In this document: piece after piece, positions 1 through 10,485 of the stretch
Position numbering within the stretch: the first letter of the stretch is position 1
Layout of the letters: every line of letters starts with the position of its first letter
Source: Acidimicrobiia bacterium
GTDB lineage: Bacteria > Actinomycetota > Acidimicrobiia > Acidimicrobiales > SHLQ01
Reading direction: 5' to 3'
Assembly: GCA_033344795.1 (NCBI GenBank)
Contig: JAWPMS010000001.1
Location: 1,158,992 to 1,222,991, forward strand
Length of the DNA: 64,000 nt
The notes under the pieces: generated by a model
The model's database searches: none
What the model was told of the DNA's origin: nothing
What the model saw: only the letters and a program-made list of their open reading frames with translations
Position numbers and translations under genes: made by a program

Positions 1-132
1 AGAAGGTTTCGACGCGACAGAGGAAGAACTTGAGAAAAAATCTGAGAAATATCCCTGACGTGATTTTGTTCGGCGCGTCAGCCTGCGACCTGTAGCGAAT
101 TTTTGTAGGCCATTCGGCCTGTTCCACGAAGA

Positions 133-1128
133 TCAGTAGGTCTCGCTGGCACCCATGAATATTTCTGGGCGAAGGCCTCGAAGCTGCAGTTCCCGGAGAA
201 ATGGCAGGGCCTCGAACCACTCGGCAAGACCACGCGCGCCGGACTGACCATCGTCGGCGCCCAGGAGATGACTCACCGCGGTTGCCGCTACTGCCCCAGC
301 AGCCACCGCTGGCCGTTCGGCGCATCCGACGACGACATCGAGCTGGTCACCTTTGGCAACGCCGCGCAACTCGACTCGGACCGCTCCCAGGAGTCCTTCG
401 GGGTGGGGTTTGCGGAGCATCGGCAGATGCATCGTCAATCGGTCGCGACGAGTGGCAGCCATTCGCGCCGTGACTCGTTCGACATTCGGGTGCGCTCGAA
501 CGAGCAACAACGGATCAGCAAGAGCAGCTCGATAACAATCCGCGGCCTCGACGGGAGGCGGAAACCAGGCGAGTTCGCGGCCCGACCCCCCGGCTCTTCG
601 GACCCACCTGCCGTTGCGCCAGTCGAAACAGAGACCCTTGAGGGCGCTGTGGTGCTGACGAGCACAGTCAGGGCCACCGGTACCGAACTTCGAGACATGG
701 ACCTCGCGAACCTCATCGAACCAGGCACGGCCATGGCTCGCCAGGACGTCGGAAAGACCTGGCATGAGTCCGGCGCCAACCACGATCTTCACGCCGTGGG
801 AGCGAGCATGATCGTCGAGATCCAGGAGGCCCCGAACGTCGTTGATCGAGTCGCCCACCGACACGACGTGTTGGCCCGCCGCGGCACAGGTCTGCGCCAA
901 CGCGACGTGACTATTTGCGCGCGTCGCCAGCACGACCACCTCAGCGACCTCGGGAATCTCCGTCGTCGAACGGGCTTCGACCATGTCGCCTAGAGATTTT
1001 GTGCTGGACTGGGCGGCACCTTCCTCGTCGTCGACGAGAATGATGCGAGACACCACGCCCCGCCGTGCGAGCTGTCTCGCCGCACGCGTTCCCGTGGCGC
1101 CAGCACCCACGATGGCCACGGTGGCCAT
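133..1128 (-). CDS. Saccharopine dehydrogenase-like NAD(P)-binding oxidoreductase
   Basis: 331-aa ORF; N-terminal Rossmann fingerprint MATVAIVGAGATGTRAARQLARRG; family call by motif-level resemblance only. Confidence 0.65.
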   Translation of the reverse strand: MATVAIVGAGATGTRAARQLARRGVVSRIILVDDEEGAAQSSTKSLGDMVEARSTTEIPEVAEVVVLATRANSHVALAQTCAAAGQHVVSVGDSINDVRGLLDLDDHARSHGVKIVVGAGLMPGLSDVLASHGRAWFDEVREVHVSKFGTGGPDCARQHHSALKGLCFDWRNGRWVRRAGGSGRELAWFPPPVEAADCYRAALADPLLLVRAHPNVERVTARMAATRRDRLTMHLPMLRKPHPEGLLGAVRVELRGVAKGDQLDVVVGCAERPAVAAGAVAATAVSHLLGADDGQSGARGLAEWFEALPFLRELQLRGLRPEIFMGASETY

Positions 1129-1320
1129 CGCTACTCGAGCTCGTTGCCTGAGAGCTCCCGCCAGCCACCACTTCGAGGTGGAACGCCGCCCGATCCGCGC
1201 AAACGGAGCGCACCAGCGACTCCGGCCGCGATGCCAAGCGCAGCAGCGGCACGACGGACTAACAAGAAGATCTGCACGCGTGAAATTCTACTCTTGTCAG
1301 AAGTCGATGATCGGTGGTTG

Positions 1321-1941
1321 TTATCGAGGCAGCTTCGAAACGCCCGGGCCGTCGAGCTCGGATCGAGCATCGCGTCGATTGATGCTCATGAGAATTGCTT
1401 CGGCCGGACCGCTCACCAGATCGCCTTCTCCCCACGACCAATCCATGTCGGTCGCCTCGAGCCGAAGGCCGGCGATGTCTTTGGGCGGAACGTGGATCTT
1501 GCCCTTCGGATCGATCGTGCAGAAGTCCAAAGCCATGCGCAAGACCGCGGGGTCGAGCTCGCCATCGAGACCAAGACCACGACGCACGTCCTGGGTGTGT
1601 ACCGCGACATCGTTGGCAGTGAGACCCGCAGGAAACGACTTCATCGGTGCGGGCTGGGTGGCATGTGCCCGCAGCTTTCTCGAGATCTCCGCCGGTCCCT
1701 GGGCGGCGTACTTCGTCGCGTTGGCCTTCCACGCCTTGTCGACGTGGAAACCGGCCTTTGCCATGCTCAACATCATCGTTGGCAACGACATCTCGATGAA
1801 GCTCACGAGGTGCGCGCCCACTTCGACCGGGGTCCAACCCGGGCAGAGCGTTTCGGTGGCCAATTGCTCTGCGGACAAGCCATCGAGCATGTCGGCGAAG
1901 TCGATCCGTCCCTTGCCTGCTATTTCCATTGAATCTGCCAT
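1321..1941 (-). CDS. DinB-fold / mycothiol-dependent maleylpyruvate isomerase family protein
   Basis: Track ORF 1321..2061 trimmed to ATG at 1941 (MADSMEIAGK...) preceded by a GAGGAG SD; LSAEQLATETLCPGWTPVEVGAHL N-terminus typical of actinobacterial DinB/MDMPI proteins. Confidence 0.7.
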   Translation of the reverse strand: MADSMEIAGKGRIDFADMLDGLSAEQLATETLCPGWTPVEVGAHLVSFIEMSLPTMMLSMAKAGFHVDKAWKANATKYAAQGPAEISRKLRAHATQPAPMKSFPAGLTANDVAVHTQDVRRGLGLDGELDPAVLRMALDFCTIDPKGKIHVPPKDIAGLRLEATDMDWSWGEGDLVSGPAEAILMSINRRDARSELDGPGVSKLPR

Positions 1942-2188
1942 GTGAAGCTCCTCTTTCCGAGCGGTTCCGTCGCAGGGCAACGCCTTCGCGATCCGAATCC
2001 TGTTTATGTCACGACGAACGGCTTGTCCAAAAACGGACACGTCGCTGCCGTTCGCAAGCACTGCGAAGCACGAACGCTGACTTGCCGAGTTCTCGCCCGC
2101 CTCAAGGCTCCGAACATCGAACCATTGACAGACTGTGGCAGCATGCGTGCTCGTTCGTATCAGGTAACCGGGGAAGGAGATTCACAAA

Positions 2189-3025
2189 TTGGCGGTCCTT
2201 CTTGCCTTGTTGACAACGATGTCGATCAGTGCCGGCGAGTTCTTTGCCGCAGGCGTCACGAGGCGCACGCGAGCACATGAGGTCACGTCCTCGATGTTCG
2301 CCTCCGGCGTTGTCCTGACGTCCGTCGTGGCCCTTCTATGGCCCGGCGAGCCCACACGCACTGATCTACTCGTCGGCGCACTTTCAGGCGTCGCCAACGG
2401 CACGGCGGTCCTTTTGCTCTACCTCGCATACTCCCGTGGGTCGCTGCGATCTGCGGCACCTGCAGCAGCGGTGGTGATGTCAAGCGTGCCCATCGTCTGG
2501 GACGTGGTCGTGACGGGAACCAGCCCGTCCTTCATCACGTGGATCGGAATCATCCTGGGAGTGAGCGCCATTGCACTCACCACGTACGAAGGCGGAGGTG
2601 GTCAAGACGAGCAACCCATCCTGATGATCGCCGTCGCGGCGGGCGTGATCTTCGGTGTGATGCTCATCTTGCTCGGCGAGGTCGGCGAGGATGCGGGCGG
2701 ACGTCCCATCTTCTTTCAACGCGTCGTCGGCTTTTTGGTTGCAGCGATCGCGACGCGAGCGACAGGGCCAAGGATCTTTCCCGGGGACAAAGCCGTTCGG
2801 GCGAGGTCGTTCGTTGTGGGGCTGTTCGCAACGAGTGCGGTGCTGCTGTTCGTGTTGGCACTTCAGGCAGGAGGAAGCCTGGCGGTGGTGAGCGTCATTG
2901 GCTCGCAGTATGCAGCGGTCGCGGTACTTCTCGGTGTGGTCTTCGGGGGTCAGTCCATGAGGTGGTGGCAAGGGCTGGGCCTGCTCGGCACGAGCGTCGC
3001 CGTTGCCCTAATCACCATTGGTTGA
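2189..3025 (+). CDS. Polytopic membrane protein, DMT/EamA-like transporter
   Basis: 278-aa ORF, about 9-10 hydrophobic segments; TTG start with GGAGA 9 nt upstream (alternative ATG at 2219). Confidence 0.55.
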   Translation: MAVLLALLTTMSISAGEFFAAGVTRRTRAHEVTSSMFASGVVLTSVVALLWPGEPTRTDLLVGALSGVANGTAVLLLYLAYSRGSLRSAAPAAAVVMSSVPIVWDVVVTGTSPSFITWIGIILGVSAIALTTYEGGGGQDEQPILMIAVAAGVIFGVMLILLGEVGEDAGGRPIFFQRVVGFLVAAIATRATGPRIFPGDKAVRARSFVVGLFATSAVLLFVLALQAGGSLAVVSVIGSQYAAVAVLLGVVFGGQSMRWWQGLGLLGTSVAVALITIG

Positions 3026-3073
3026 ACGCAGAAGGTGGAAAGTGAGGCGCGACCCCGTCGTTCCTGGAGCGAA

Positions 3074-3115
3074 GCGTAAGGAAAAGGCGGTAAGTGAGGA
3101 GCCGCCTTGGGCGGC
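3074..3115 (-). terminator. Intrinsic terminator downstream of tRNA-Ile
   Basis: Minus-strand RNA: GCCGCC-CAA-GGCGGC, then AAGGCGG-(11 nt)-CCGCCUU followed by UUCCUU; stem arms at 3084..3090 and 3102..3108. Confidence 0.5.
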
Positions 3116-3126
3116 GACGAACGACG

Positions 3127-3200
<74 letters not shown>

Positions 3201-3235
3201 GTACGTACCCCGAAGGGCCATGAAACGGTATCGAC

Positions 3236-3802
3236 TCAGCCCCGTCGGGGCAACGTCGAAATGGGTCGAGCTGTCTCTTCTTCGACCACGGTCACCCGAA
3301 TTCCGCCCGTGAGGTCCGAAATCAGATTGAGAAGGATGGCAATGAGCACCGCAAACCCTGTTGCTGCAACTGCGACAACGAGCCCTCCGAGCGCAACTGC
3401 GTTGAAGATCGACTCACCCTCGAAGGTGAACTCCTCGAGCGCGAAGATCTCCTTGGCGAACTGTTCGACGTCAGAAATCGTGCCGGCGGTCTCCGCGGCG
3501 TTCCACAGCAGCACCCCGGCCACCATCGTGACGACCCACATGCAGAAGTTGAACAGCAACGCGACCTTGAGTACCGACCACGGCTCGATGTGGCGGACGA
3601 GGCGCCGGACCTTGCGGGCCCGAAGGCGGCGTTCTTGAATCCGCTCGACCAACAGCGGCGCTTCGGACTCCGGAACGATCGCCGGCGAGGCAGATTCCGG
3701 CTCGACAAGCGCCTCCGTGAAGAATTCATCGGCGCGCTGAGCTAGGGAGTCCTCGGAGGTACCCGTGAAAACGGTCTCTTCTGAGTCATCGATCGCGGTC
3801 AC
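3236..3802 (-). CDS. DUF3566-type membrane protein (conserved gyrA-downstream protein of actinobacteria)
   Basis: 188 aa; RHIEPWSVLKVALLFNFCMWVV...VAVAATGFAVLIAILLNLISDLTGGIRVTV matches the family; sits after gyrA as in other actinobacteria. Confidence 0.8.
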   Translation of the reverse strand: MTAIDDSEETVFTGTSEDSLAQRADEFFTEALVEPESASPAIVPESEAPLLVERIQERRLRARKVRRLVRHIEPWSVLKVALLFNFCMWVVTMVAGVLLWNAAETAGTISDVEQFAKEIFALEEFTFEGESIFNAVALGGLVVAVAATGFAVLIAILLNLISDLTGGIRVTVVEEETARPISTLPRRG

Positions 3803-3874
3803 GAAGAGAGAGTGTATTGCATCTCAACCCAACACACGGTCCGCCCGGTGGGGAGATCTCCCGAGACCCCTTGT

Positions 3875-4168
3875 TCATCCATCGCGGACAATGAGGCGTT
3901 CTGCGTGCGCGACCGCTCGAGCATCGCCAAGCCTGACCTCAACAGAGGTGACAGACCCACGAAACGACACCCTCACGAGCGTTGCACCGTTGCGCTCCGC
4001 GGCAACCTGCGCGGCCTCTGAACCTCCTGCAGCACCGGCAAGTGCTGCTGCGTCAGCCGCTGTGGCCGCACGTGCATCATCGATTGCGGCGTCGCCAACG
4101 GCAACGATGCCAATCAGGAGTGCCGCGGTCAGAGAGAGGCCCATGAGCCAACCGAGTAAACCCACCAT
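3875..4168 (-). CDS. Small TadE-like / Rv3654c-family membrane protein
   Basis: 97 aa; N-terminal TM segment, then AATAADAAALAGAAGG...NGATLVRVSFRGSVTSVEV, resembling the helicase/secretion-neighbourhood TadE-like family; no other tad genes in the window. Confidence 0.5.
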   Translation of the reverse strand: MVGLLGWLMGLSLTAALLIGIVAVGDAAIDDARAATAADAAALAGAAGGSEAAQVAAERNGATLVRVSFRGSVTSVEVRLGDARAVAHAERLIVRDG

Positions 4169-4227
4169 CGAACAACCTTCAACTCCGCGAACGGAGCGTA
4201 CGCAACGGGGGAAGTTACTTCGCCAGG

Positions 4228-6780
4228 CTATTCCTCTTCTGGCGACGACGTCTCGTTGGGTTCCGACGAGTCGACGGCGACGCCATCATCGTCGGCGGAT
4301 GACTCTTGTGGATCCTCGTCATCGAGATCTTCGTCGTCGCTGGCCAGCACACGAGCGACCGCCGCAACACGGTGACCTTCGCTCACATTCATCACACGGA
4401 CGCCAGACGCATCTCGACCTTGCGTCGAGATCGAGTTGACCGCGGTGCGGATCAACGTTCCGCCGTCCCCGATGAGCATGATCTCTTCGTCGTCGGCAAC
4501 CATGAAGGCCGCCACGACCTGACCCTTCTTCTCATTGACCCGGATGCCGCGAACACCGAGTCCACCACGACCCTTGATCGGGTACTGGTCGAGTTCGGAC
4601 TGTTTGCCGTAACCCTCACTCGTGATGATCAACAACCGAGTGCCCTCTTGTTCACGAGCACAAGCGACGAGCTCATCACCCTCGCGGAACTTCATGCCAC
4701 GAACACCAGCGGCGGTACGCCCCATTGGACGAACCGCGTCCTCGTCGAACCGGATCGTCTGACCGTTCTGAGATACGAGGAAGACATCCTGACCCTCATT
4801 GAGAGGAATGACATCCATCAGCTCATCGTCTTCGTTCAACTTGATGGCGATCAGTCCGGCCTTCAAGTTGCTGTCGTAGGCCGTGAATTGTGTCTTTTTG
4901 ACCCGACCGAGTTTGGTCGCAAAGAACAGGTACCGGTTGGTCTCGTAGTCGCGCGTGTCGATGATCGCTCGGATCTTCTCCTCGGGCTGAAGCTGGAGGA
5001 GGTTCACGATCGCCGTACCGCGTGCGGTACGGCTGGTCATCGGTATCTGGTGCGCCTTCAGGCGATACACCTTGCCGCGGTTGCTGAAGAACAGCAGGTA
5101 CGCGTGCGCGGTGGTGTGAATCATGTTGACGACGTAGTCATCATCTTTGAGATTCGCACCCGCAACCCCACGGCCACCACGGCTCTGCGTGCGGAACTCG
5201 TCGATCGACATGGTCTTGACATAGCCACCGGCCGACATTGTGAAGACGAGGTCTTCATCGTCGATGAGATCCTCGATGTCGATCTCGCCCGGATCATGCA
5301 TGAGTTCGGAACGACGCTCGTCGGCGTGCTCTTCGCGAACCTCGCTCAGCTGCTCCTTCATCACCTGGAACAGCGCAGCCTCGTCGCCGAGGATGCGCTC
5401 GAGCTCCGCGATATCGATGGTGAGTTGTGCCATCTCCTCGTCGAGATCTGCTCGGCCGAGACGGGTGAGCCGGCTCAACGGCATGTCGAGAATGTGGTTC
5501 GCCTGGATCTCGGAGAACTCGAATCCTTCACCCATGAGTCCTGCTCGGGCGGCGGCCTTGTCTTCGGAAGCGCGGATGAGCTTGATGATCTCGTCGATCA
5601 GGTCGAGGGCCTTGATCAGGCCTTCGACGATGTGCGCACGAGCACGCAGTTTGTCGAGCTCGAATTGACTTCGTCGGGTGATGACCTCGACCTGATGTTT
5701 GATGTACGGAACCAGGATCTCTCGGAGGTTGAGCGTGCGCGGCACTCCGTCGACCAGGGCGACGGCGTTCATCGAGAACGAGGTTTGCAATGGGGTCCGC
5801 TTGTACAAGTTGTTGAGAACGACCAACGCCGGAGCATCGCGCTTCAGCTTGATCTCCACGCGAGTTTCGCCCTGCGAGGAGAAGTCGTTGATGTCGGCGA
5901 TGCCGTCGAGTTCCTTCGCAGCGAGAAGTTCCTTGATCTTTGCGAACACCGAGTTTGGGCTGACTTGATACGGCAGTTCGGTGATCACGATCGTGTCGTT
6001 GGTCTTGCCCTCGACGATCTCGGCACGGGCGCGCATCTTGATGCTGCCTCGACCGGTTCGGTAGGCATCGGCGATACCGGCGCGACCCATGATGAGGCCA
6101 CCGGTTGGAAAGTCGGGGCCCTTCACGAACGCCATCAGGTCAGCGGGCTGAGCGTCAGGGTTGTCGATCAGGTGCATCGTGGCATCGATCACTTCACCGA
6201 GGTTGTGCGGCGGGATGCTGGTCGCCATACCCACGGCGATTCCCTGACCACCATTCACCAGCAGGTTCGGGAACCGGGCGGGAAGCACCTCGGGTTCGGA
6301 GAACTCACCCGAGTAGTTGTCGATGAAATCGACCGTGTTCTTGTTGATGTCGGCAAGAAGCTGTAGGGAGATCGGATCGAGACGACACTCCGTGTATCGA
6401 GCCGCAGCCGGCGAATCGTCGGGCGTGTAGCCAAAGTTGCCCTGGGGCTCGATGAGGCGATGACGCATCGAGAAGTCCTGCGCCATTCGGACCAGCGAGT
6501 CATAGATCGCAGAGTCACCGTGTGGGTGGTACTTGCCCATGACCTCGCCCGTGACGCGGGCGGATTTCATCGTTGGGCGATCGGGGTTGGCGTTGAGCTC
6601 GGACATGGCCCACAAGATCCGGCGGTGCACGGGCTTGAGGCCGTCGCGAACGTCTGGCAGCGCTCGCGACACGATGACCGACATCGCGTAGTCGAGGAAC
6701 GAACGCTCCATTTCTTCTTGGATGTCGATGGGTTCGATGGCGAACTGTGCGCCGTCGCCTGAGTCGGTGATATCGCTCAT
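4228..6780 (-). CDS. gyrA: DNA gyrase subunit A
   Basis: 850 aa; [17 protein letters not shown], active-site region HPHGD...AARYTE, C-terminal beta-pinwheel repeats and an acidic tail. Confidence 0.97.
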   Translation of the reverse strand: MSDITDSGDGAQFAIEPIDIQEEMERSFLDYAMSVIVSRALPDVRDGLKPVHRRILWAMSELNANPDRPTMKSARVTGEVMGKYHPHGDSAIYDSLVRMAQDFSMRHRLIEPQGNFGYTPDDSPAAARYTECRLDPISLQLLADINKNTVDFIDNYSGEFSEPEVLPARFPNLLVNGGQGIAVGMATSIPPHNLGEVIDATMHLIDNPDAQPADLMAFVKGPDFPTGGLIMGRAGIADAYRTGRGSIKMRARAEIVEGKTNDTIVITELPYQVSPNSVFAKIKELLAAKELDGIADINDFSSQGETRVEIKLKRDAPALVVLNNLYKRTPLQTSFSMNAVALVDGVPRTLNLREILVPYIKHQVEVITRRSQFELDKLRARAHIVEGLIKALDLIDEIIKLIRASEDKAAARAGLMGEGFEFSEIQANHILDMPLSRLTRLGRADLDEEMAQLTIDIAELERILGDEAALFQVMKEQLSEVREEHADERRSELMHDPGEIDIEDLIDDEDLVFTMSAGGYVKTMSIDEFRTQSRGGRGVAGANLKDDDYVVNMIHTTAHAYLLFFSNRGKVYRLKAHQIPMTSRTARGTAIVNLLQLQPEEKIRAIIDTRDYETNRYLFFATKLGRVKKTQFTAYDSNLKAGLIAIKLNEDDELMDVIPLNEGQDVFLVSQNGQTIRFDEDAVRPMGRTAAGVRGMKFREGDELVACAREQEGTRLLIITSEGYGKQSELDQYPIKGRGGLGVRGIRVNEKKGQVVAAFMVADDEEIMLIGDGGTLIRTAVNSISTQGRDASGVRVMNVSEGHRVAAVARVLASDDEDLDDEDPQESSADDDGVAVDSSEPNETSSPEEE

Positions 6781-6789
6781 GATCGTCTC

Positions 6790-8748
6790 CTAGATGTCCA
6801 GGAAGCGAACGTCTTTGGCGTTCGTCTGGATGAAGTGTTTGCGGCGAGACACGTCCTCGCCCATCAACGTGCTGAAGACCTCGTCGGCCATTGCTGCGGT
6901 TTCGACCGACACCTGCAGGAGGGTTCGGTCGCCAGGGTTCATCGTGGTTTCGGCGAGTTCCTGCCACTGCATCTCGCCAAGGCCCTTCAGACGCTGAAAG
7001 TCCTTCTTGTGGTTCGGGTGTTCCTCGAGCCAGCTGTCCTTCTCGCGATCATCCTTGAGATAGACCTTGCCTTTGCCAACGTTGGTCGAATAGAGCGGCG
7101 GCTGGGCGATGTAGATGTGGTTGTTCTCGACGAGCTCGCGCATCTGGCGGAAGAAGAAGGTGAGCAGCAACGTACGGATGTGACTGCCATCGACATCGGC
7201 ATCAGCCAACAAGATGATCTTGTGGTAGCGGATCTTGCTGAGATCGAACTCGTCGCCGATACCCGCACCGATCGCTTGGATGAGCGTCTGCACTTCGAGG
7301 TTTTTCAACATCTTGTCGAGGCGAGCGCGCTCGACGTTGAGAATCTTGCCTCTGATGGGCAGGATCGCCATCGTTCGCGGATCGCGCGCCTGGATAGCGG
7401 ACCCACCAGCGGAGTCGCCCTCGACGATGAACAGCTCTCGTTCTCTCGGGTCCTTCGATGAGCAATCCTTGAGCTTCTCGGGCATGCCAGCGCCGTCGAG
7501 CGCTGTCTTGTTGCGAATCGTGTCTCTCGCTGCACGAGCGGCCTCACGTGCTCGCTGTGCGGCTATCGACTTGTGGATGATGAGCTTGCCCTCAGCGGGG
7601 TTCTCCTCGAGCCATTCGGCCAGCTTTTCGTTCGTGGCCTTCTCGACCATCGACCGGACCGACACGTTGCCGAGTTTGTCCTTGGTCTGCCCCTCGAACT
7701 GTGGGTCCTGCAGGCGGACGGAGATGATGGCGGTCAGACCTTCACGAACATCGTCTCCGGAAAGATCCTCGGAGTCCTTCAGCAGGTTCTTGTCTTTTCC
7801 GTACTTGTTGATCGTTCGAGTGAGCGCCGAGCGGAACCCGGTCTCGTGCATACCGCCGCCGCCGGTGGTGATGCCGTTCGCGAAGCTGTGCAAACCATCG
7901 GCGTTGAAGCCGGTGTTCCACTGGAATGCGATTTCGACCTCTTGGGTCTCTTCGGCCACCTCGTAGTAGCCAACCTTGGCGAACAACGCTTCCTTCGACT
8001 GGTTGACGTGGCGCACGAAATCTTTGATGCCGCCCTCGTAGTGGAACTCGATCCAACCGTCTTCGCCCGCATCCGCGTGCACCTCGGTCCGACGCAGATC
8101 CTGGAAACGAATTCGCAAGCCACGATTGAGAAACGCCATCATCTGGAAACGATCGAGGAGGGTCTGGGCCCGGAACTCGGTCTCTTCGAAGATGGTGTCG
8201 TCGGGCCAGAAACGAACGGTCGTGCCCGTGCGGTCGTCGGGAGAGTCGCCGCGCACCTCGAGCTTGGTTTTGACCGCTCCGCCGTCTGCGAAGTCCATGT
8301 AGTGATGCTTGCCTTCGCGATCGATCTGTACTTCGACCTTCTTGCTCAGCGCGTTGACGACGGAGATACCCACGCCGTGCAGGCCGCCGGAGACTTTGTA
8401 TCCGCCGCCACCGAACTTGCCGCCAGCGTGCAGAACGGTCATGACGACCTCGGCTGCCGACATTCCTTCGTACTTGGGATGTTCGCCGGTGGGAATCCCA
8501 CGACCGTCATCTCGGACCTCGACCGAATCGTCGGGGTGCACGATGACTTCAATTGCGCTGCAATACCCCGCCATCGCCTCATCGACGGAGTTGTCGACCA
8601 CTTCGTATACGAGGTGGTGAAGACCGGTCGGCCCGGTCGATCCGATGTACATGCCTGGGCGCTTGCGCACAGCCTCGAGGCCCTCGAGAACCGTGATGTT
8701 TTCTGCACCGTAGGAGTTCGTGTCGTCGCTCAACGCGTGACCTTTCAC
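6790..8748 (-). CDS. gyrB: DNA gyrase subunit B
   Basis: 652 aa; GLEAVRKRPGMYIGS, GGLHGVG, EGDSAGG and PLKGKILNVE-like motifs; GTG start, a TTG a few codons later is an alternative. Confidence 0.97.
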   Translation of the reverse strand: MKGHALSDDTNSYGAENITVLEGLEAVRKRPGMYIGSTGPTGLHHLVYEVVDNSVDEAMAGYCSAIEVIVHPDDSVEVRDDGRGIPTGEHPKYEGMSAAEVVMTVLHAGGKFGGGGYKVSGGLHGVGISVVNALSKKVEVQIDREGKHHYMDFADGGAVKTKLEVRGDSPDDRTGTTVRFWPDDTIFEETEFRAQTLLDRFQMMAFLNRGLRIRFQDLRRTEVHADAGEDGWIEFHYEGGIKDFVRHVNQSKEALFAKVGYYEVAEETQEVEIAFQWNTGFNADGLHSFANGITTGGGGMHETGFRSALTRTINKYGKDKNLLKDSEDLSGDDVREGLTAIISVRLQDPQFEGQTKDKLGNVSVRSMVEKATNEKLAEWLEENPAEGKLIIHKSIAAQRAREAARAARDTIRNKTALDGAGMPEKLKDCSSKDPRERELFIVEGDSAGGSAIQARDPRTMAILPIRGKILNVERARLDKMLKNLEVQTLIQAIGAGIGDEFDLSKIRYHKIILLADADVDGSHIRTLLLTFFFRQMRELVENNHIYIAQPPLYSTNVGKGKVYLKDDREKDSWLEEHPNHKKDFQRLKGLGEMQWQELAETTMNPGDRTLLQVSVETAAMADEVFSTLMGEDVSRRKHFIQTNAKDVRFLDI

Positions 8749-8914
8749 TTCGCCTAATCGTCTGCCGTGCAGCTGTGATCAGCAAGCGTCCGGATGCTCC
8801 GCGACGGCCCTCTGATCAGTCAAAATTACGACAATGTAATTGTACCAGGCAGGGGTGACAGATCGAGGGCACTACGGCAACGGATCCGCCTCGGAGTTTC
8901 GCGTTACTTTTTGT

Positions 8915-8939
8915 TGAAAAATCAAGCGTTTCTCAACGC
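8915..8939 (-). terminator. Weak terminator-like hairpin at the DUF721 stop
   Basis: Minus-strand RNA GCGUU-GAGA-AACGC followed by UUGAUUUUU; only a 5-bp stem, so weak. Confidence 0.3.
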
Positions 8940-9259
8940 GAGAGATGCACCTGAATCTCGGTGATCTCATCGCTCTCGAGCCTGCTCGAAATGCGTCGAA
9001 GAAGCTCCTCGCTCATCCACTTCATTTCGCTCGCCCAGGCGGGATCGTCGACCTCCAAATGCAGGACGCCGTTGCTGATCTTTTGTGGCGTGGTGTGCGC
9101 CCCGATCACCTCTCCTGCGAGCGTCGACCACTCGGAGAAGACGGTTTCGACGACATCGACGGTGGGTGCATCGAGGTGTTTCATCACTCGATCGATCCCC
9201 TTGCCCATCGGCTGCGGTCCATCGCGAAATCGTCGATACGGGTTGTTATGCCACGACAT
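8933..9259 (-). CDS. DUF721 (DciA-like) protein of the recF-gyrB interval
   Basis: Track ORF 8933..9418 trimmed to the ATG at 9259 that overlaps the recF stop; VLHLEVDDPAWASEMKWMSEELLRRI is typical of DUF721. Confidence 0.75.
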   Translation of the reverse strand: MSWHNNPYRRFRDGPQPMGKGIDRVMKHLDAPTVDVVETVFSEWSTLAGEVIGAHTTPQKISNGVLHLEVDDPAWASEMKWMSEELLRRISSRLESDEITEIQVHLSR

Positions 9260-10364
9260 TTGGCACCTCGGCATCGAACGTTGCCTCTCCGAGGCGAATG
9301 GTGGCATCGGCAACCGCACCCGGCGGGAGATCAACCGCCGACGTGAGCAACGTCTGACCGGAAGGAAGCGCCGCCACGAGCGCCGCCGAACGATCGTCGT
9401 CGAGTTCCGAGAAAACATCGTCGAGGACGAGCAACGGTGCGACCCCTGTCGTCACTCGAACCAACTCGTGGCCAGCCAGTCGCAGAGCAAGTGCCAGAGA
9501 CCGTTGCTCACCCTGTGAGGCGTGGGTGCGCGCAGGCATTCCGTTGAGCAATATCTCGAGCTCGTCGCGGTGCGGGCCGACGGTGGTCACGCCGCGCCGA
9601 ACATCGTCCTTACGCGCCTGGGTCAACGCCTCCGCGAGGCCGGCGTCAAACCAGGGAGCCGCATATCGGATCGTCACTTCACTAGATCCTCCTGCCACCG
9701 CCTGCAGGGCGTCGGTGACGAGCGGCGAGAGGCGTTCGAGGGCGGCCGCTCGAAGCGCTCCGAGTTCGTCACCAACACTTGCGAGTTTCGTGTCCCAAAC
9801 ATCGAGCGTGAACGCCGCATCATCGTTGAGGCGCCCATGCACCCCTTTCAACAGCGCATTCCGTTGCTTGAGCACCTTGTCGACCTGTGCCCTGGTCTGT
9901 TCATTTCGCGGGTGAAGTCCCACGACGACGTCGTCGATGTAGGTCCGTCGCTCGCCGGGTGAACCTTTGATCATCTCGAGGTCGTCAGGAGCAAATACGG
10001 TCACCGACATGACCCCGAGCAAGTCACGGTTTCGCTGCACGCGCTGCCGGTTCATCTGAATCCGAGCACGACCCGTTCGCGGAAGCTCAGCCTCAAGCAG
10101 CAACTCTCGCTCGTCGCTTCGCAGCGTCGCTCGGGCGATCGCTCGTTCAGCCCCCACCTTGATCAGCGCTTCTGTCGGAGCGCCCCGAAACGAGCGCATC
10201 GAGGTGAGCCACGCAATGGCCTCCACGATGTTCGTCTTGCCCGAACCGTTGGGACCGATGAGCGCCGTGACGCCTCGCGCAAACGACAAGTCGATCTGTT
10301 CATGGGAACGAAAATCGGTCAACCACAATCGTTCGAGCACAAGAGCGGAGGAGTGATCGGTCAC
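9246..10364 (-). CDS. recF: DNA replication and repair protein RecF
   Basis: LWLTDFRSHE start region, Walker A GPNGSGKTNIVEAI, signature ASQGEQRSLALALRLA, Walker B LLVLDDVFSELD; start uncertain (GTG 10364 or 10340; track start 10451). Confidence 0.9.
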   Translation of the reverse strand: MTDHSSALVLERLWLTDFRSHEQIDLSFARGVTALIGPNGSGKTNIVEAIAWLTSMRSFRGAPTEALIKVGAERAIARATLRSDERELLLEAELPRTGRARIQMNRQRVQRNRDLLGVMSVTVFAPDDLEMIKGSPGERRTYIDDVVVGLHPRNEQTRAQVDKVLKQRNALLKGVHGRLNDDAAFTLDVWDTKLASVGDELGALRAAALERLSPLVTDALQAVAGGSSEVTIRYAAPWFDAGLAEALTQARKDDVRRGVTTVGPHRDELEILLNGMPARTHASQGEQRSLALALRLAGHELVRVTTGVAPLLVLDDVFSELDDDRSAALVAALPSGQTLLTSAVDLPPGAVADATIRLGEATFDAEVPNVVA

Positions 10365-10485
10365 CGCTTCACCGTATCTGCTCGACACTTTTGTATTGTC
10401 GGGACTTCCGCCCGACACCGATCGAAGCAGATCCCCGCAGAACGCCGTCACTCACGTCGGGCGAATACGGGCCGATTGCAAACCC

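Noticed and set aside
2-58. Possible 3' end of a plus-strand gene (…EGFDATEEELEKKSEKYP*) at the window edge, followed by a CTGACG...CGTCAG hairpin
   Set aside because: It is only 19 codons, too short to support from sequence alone.
1131-1370. 79-aa minus-strand ORF (or a ~48-aa GTG-started version with one hydrophobic segment) between the DinB-family and saccharopine-dehydrogenase-like genes
   Set aside because: It overlaps the 3' end of the DinB-family gene and has no recognisable motif or convincing RBS. It may be a small membrane protein, but it is unsupported.
2020-2040. DnaA-box-like TTGTCCAAA / TGTCC-N6-GGACA in the divergent gap at 1942..2188
   Set aside because: It is a single imperfect box and not clustered, with no dnaA/dnaN context.
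4306-8757. Very long antisense and alternative-frame ORFs (for example 4306..6366 +, 7573..8757 +, 22879..24600 +, 39570..41513 +, 17202..18206 +)
   Set aside because: They overlap strongly recognisable genes (gyrA, gyrB, GMC oxidoreductase, zwf/citrate synthase, recQ) on the other strand and have Arg/Gly/His-rich nonsense composition. They are typical open antisense frames in GC-rich DNA.
8749-8932. gyrB promoter / AT-rich dyad AATTAC-N6-GTAATT (8824..8841) with a TACAAT hexamer on the minus strand
   Set aside because: No acceptable -35 at 16-19 bp spacing could be paired with either -10 candidate. It is left as an unassigned AT-rich dyad.
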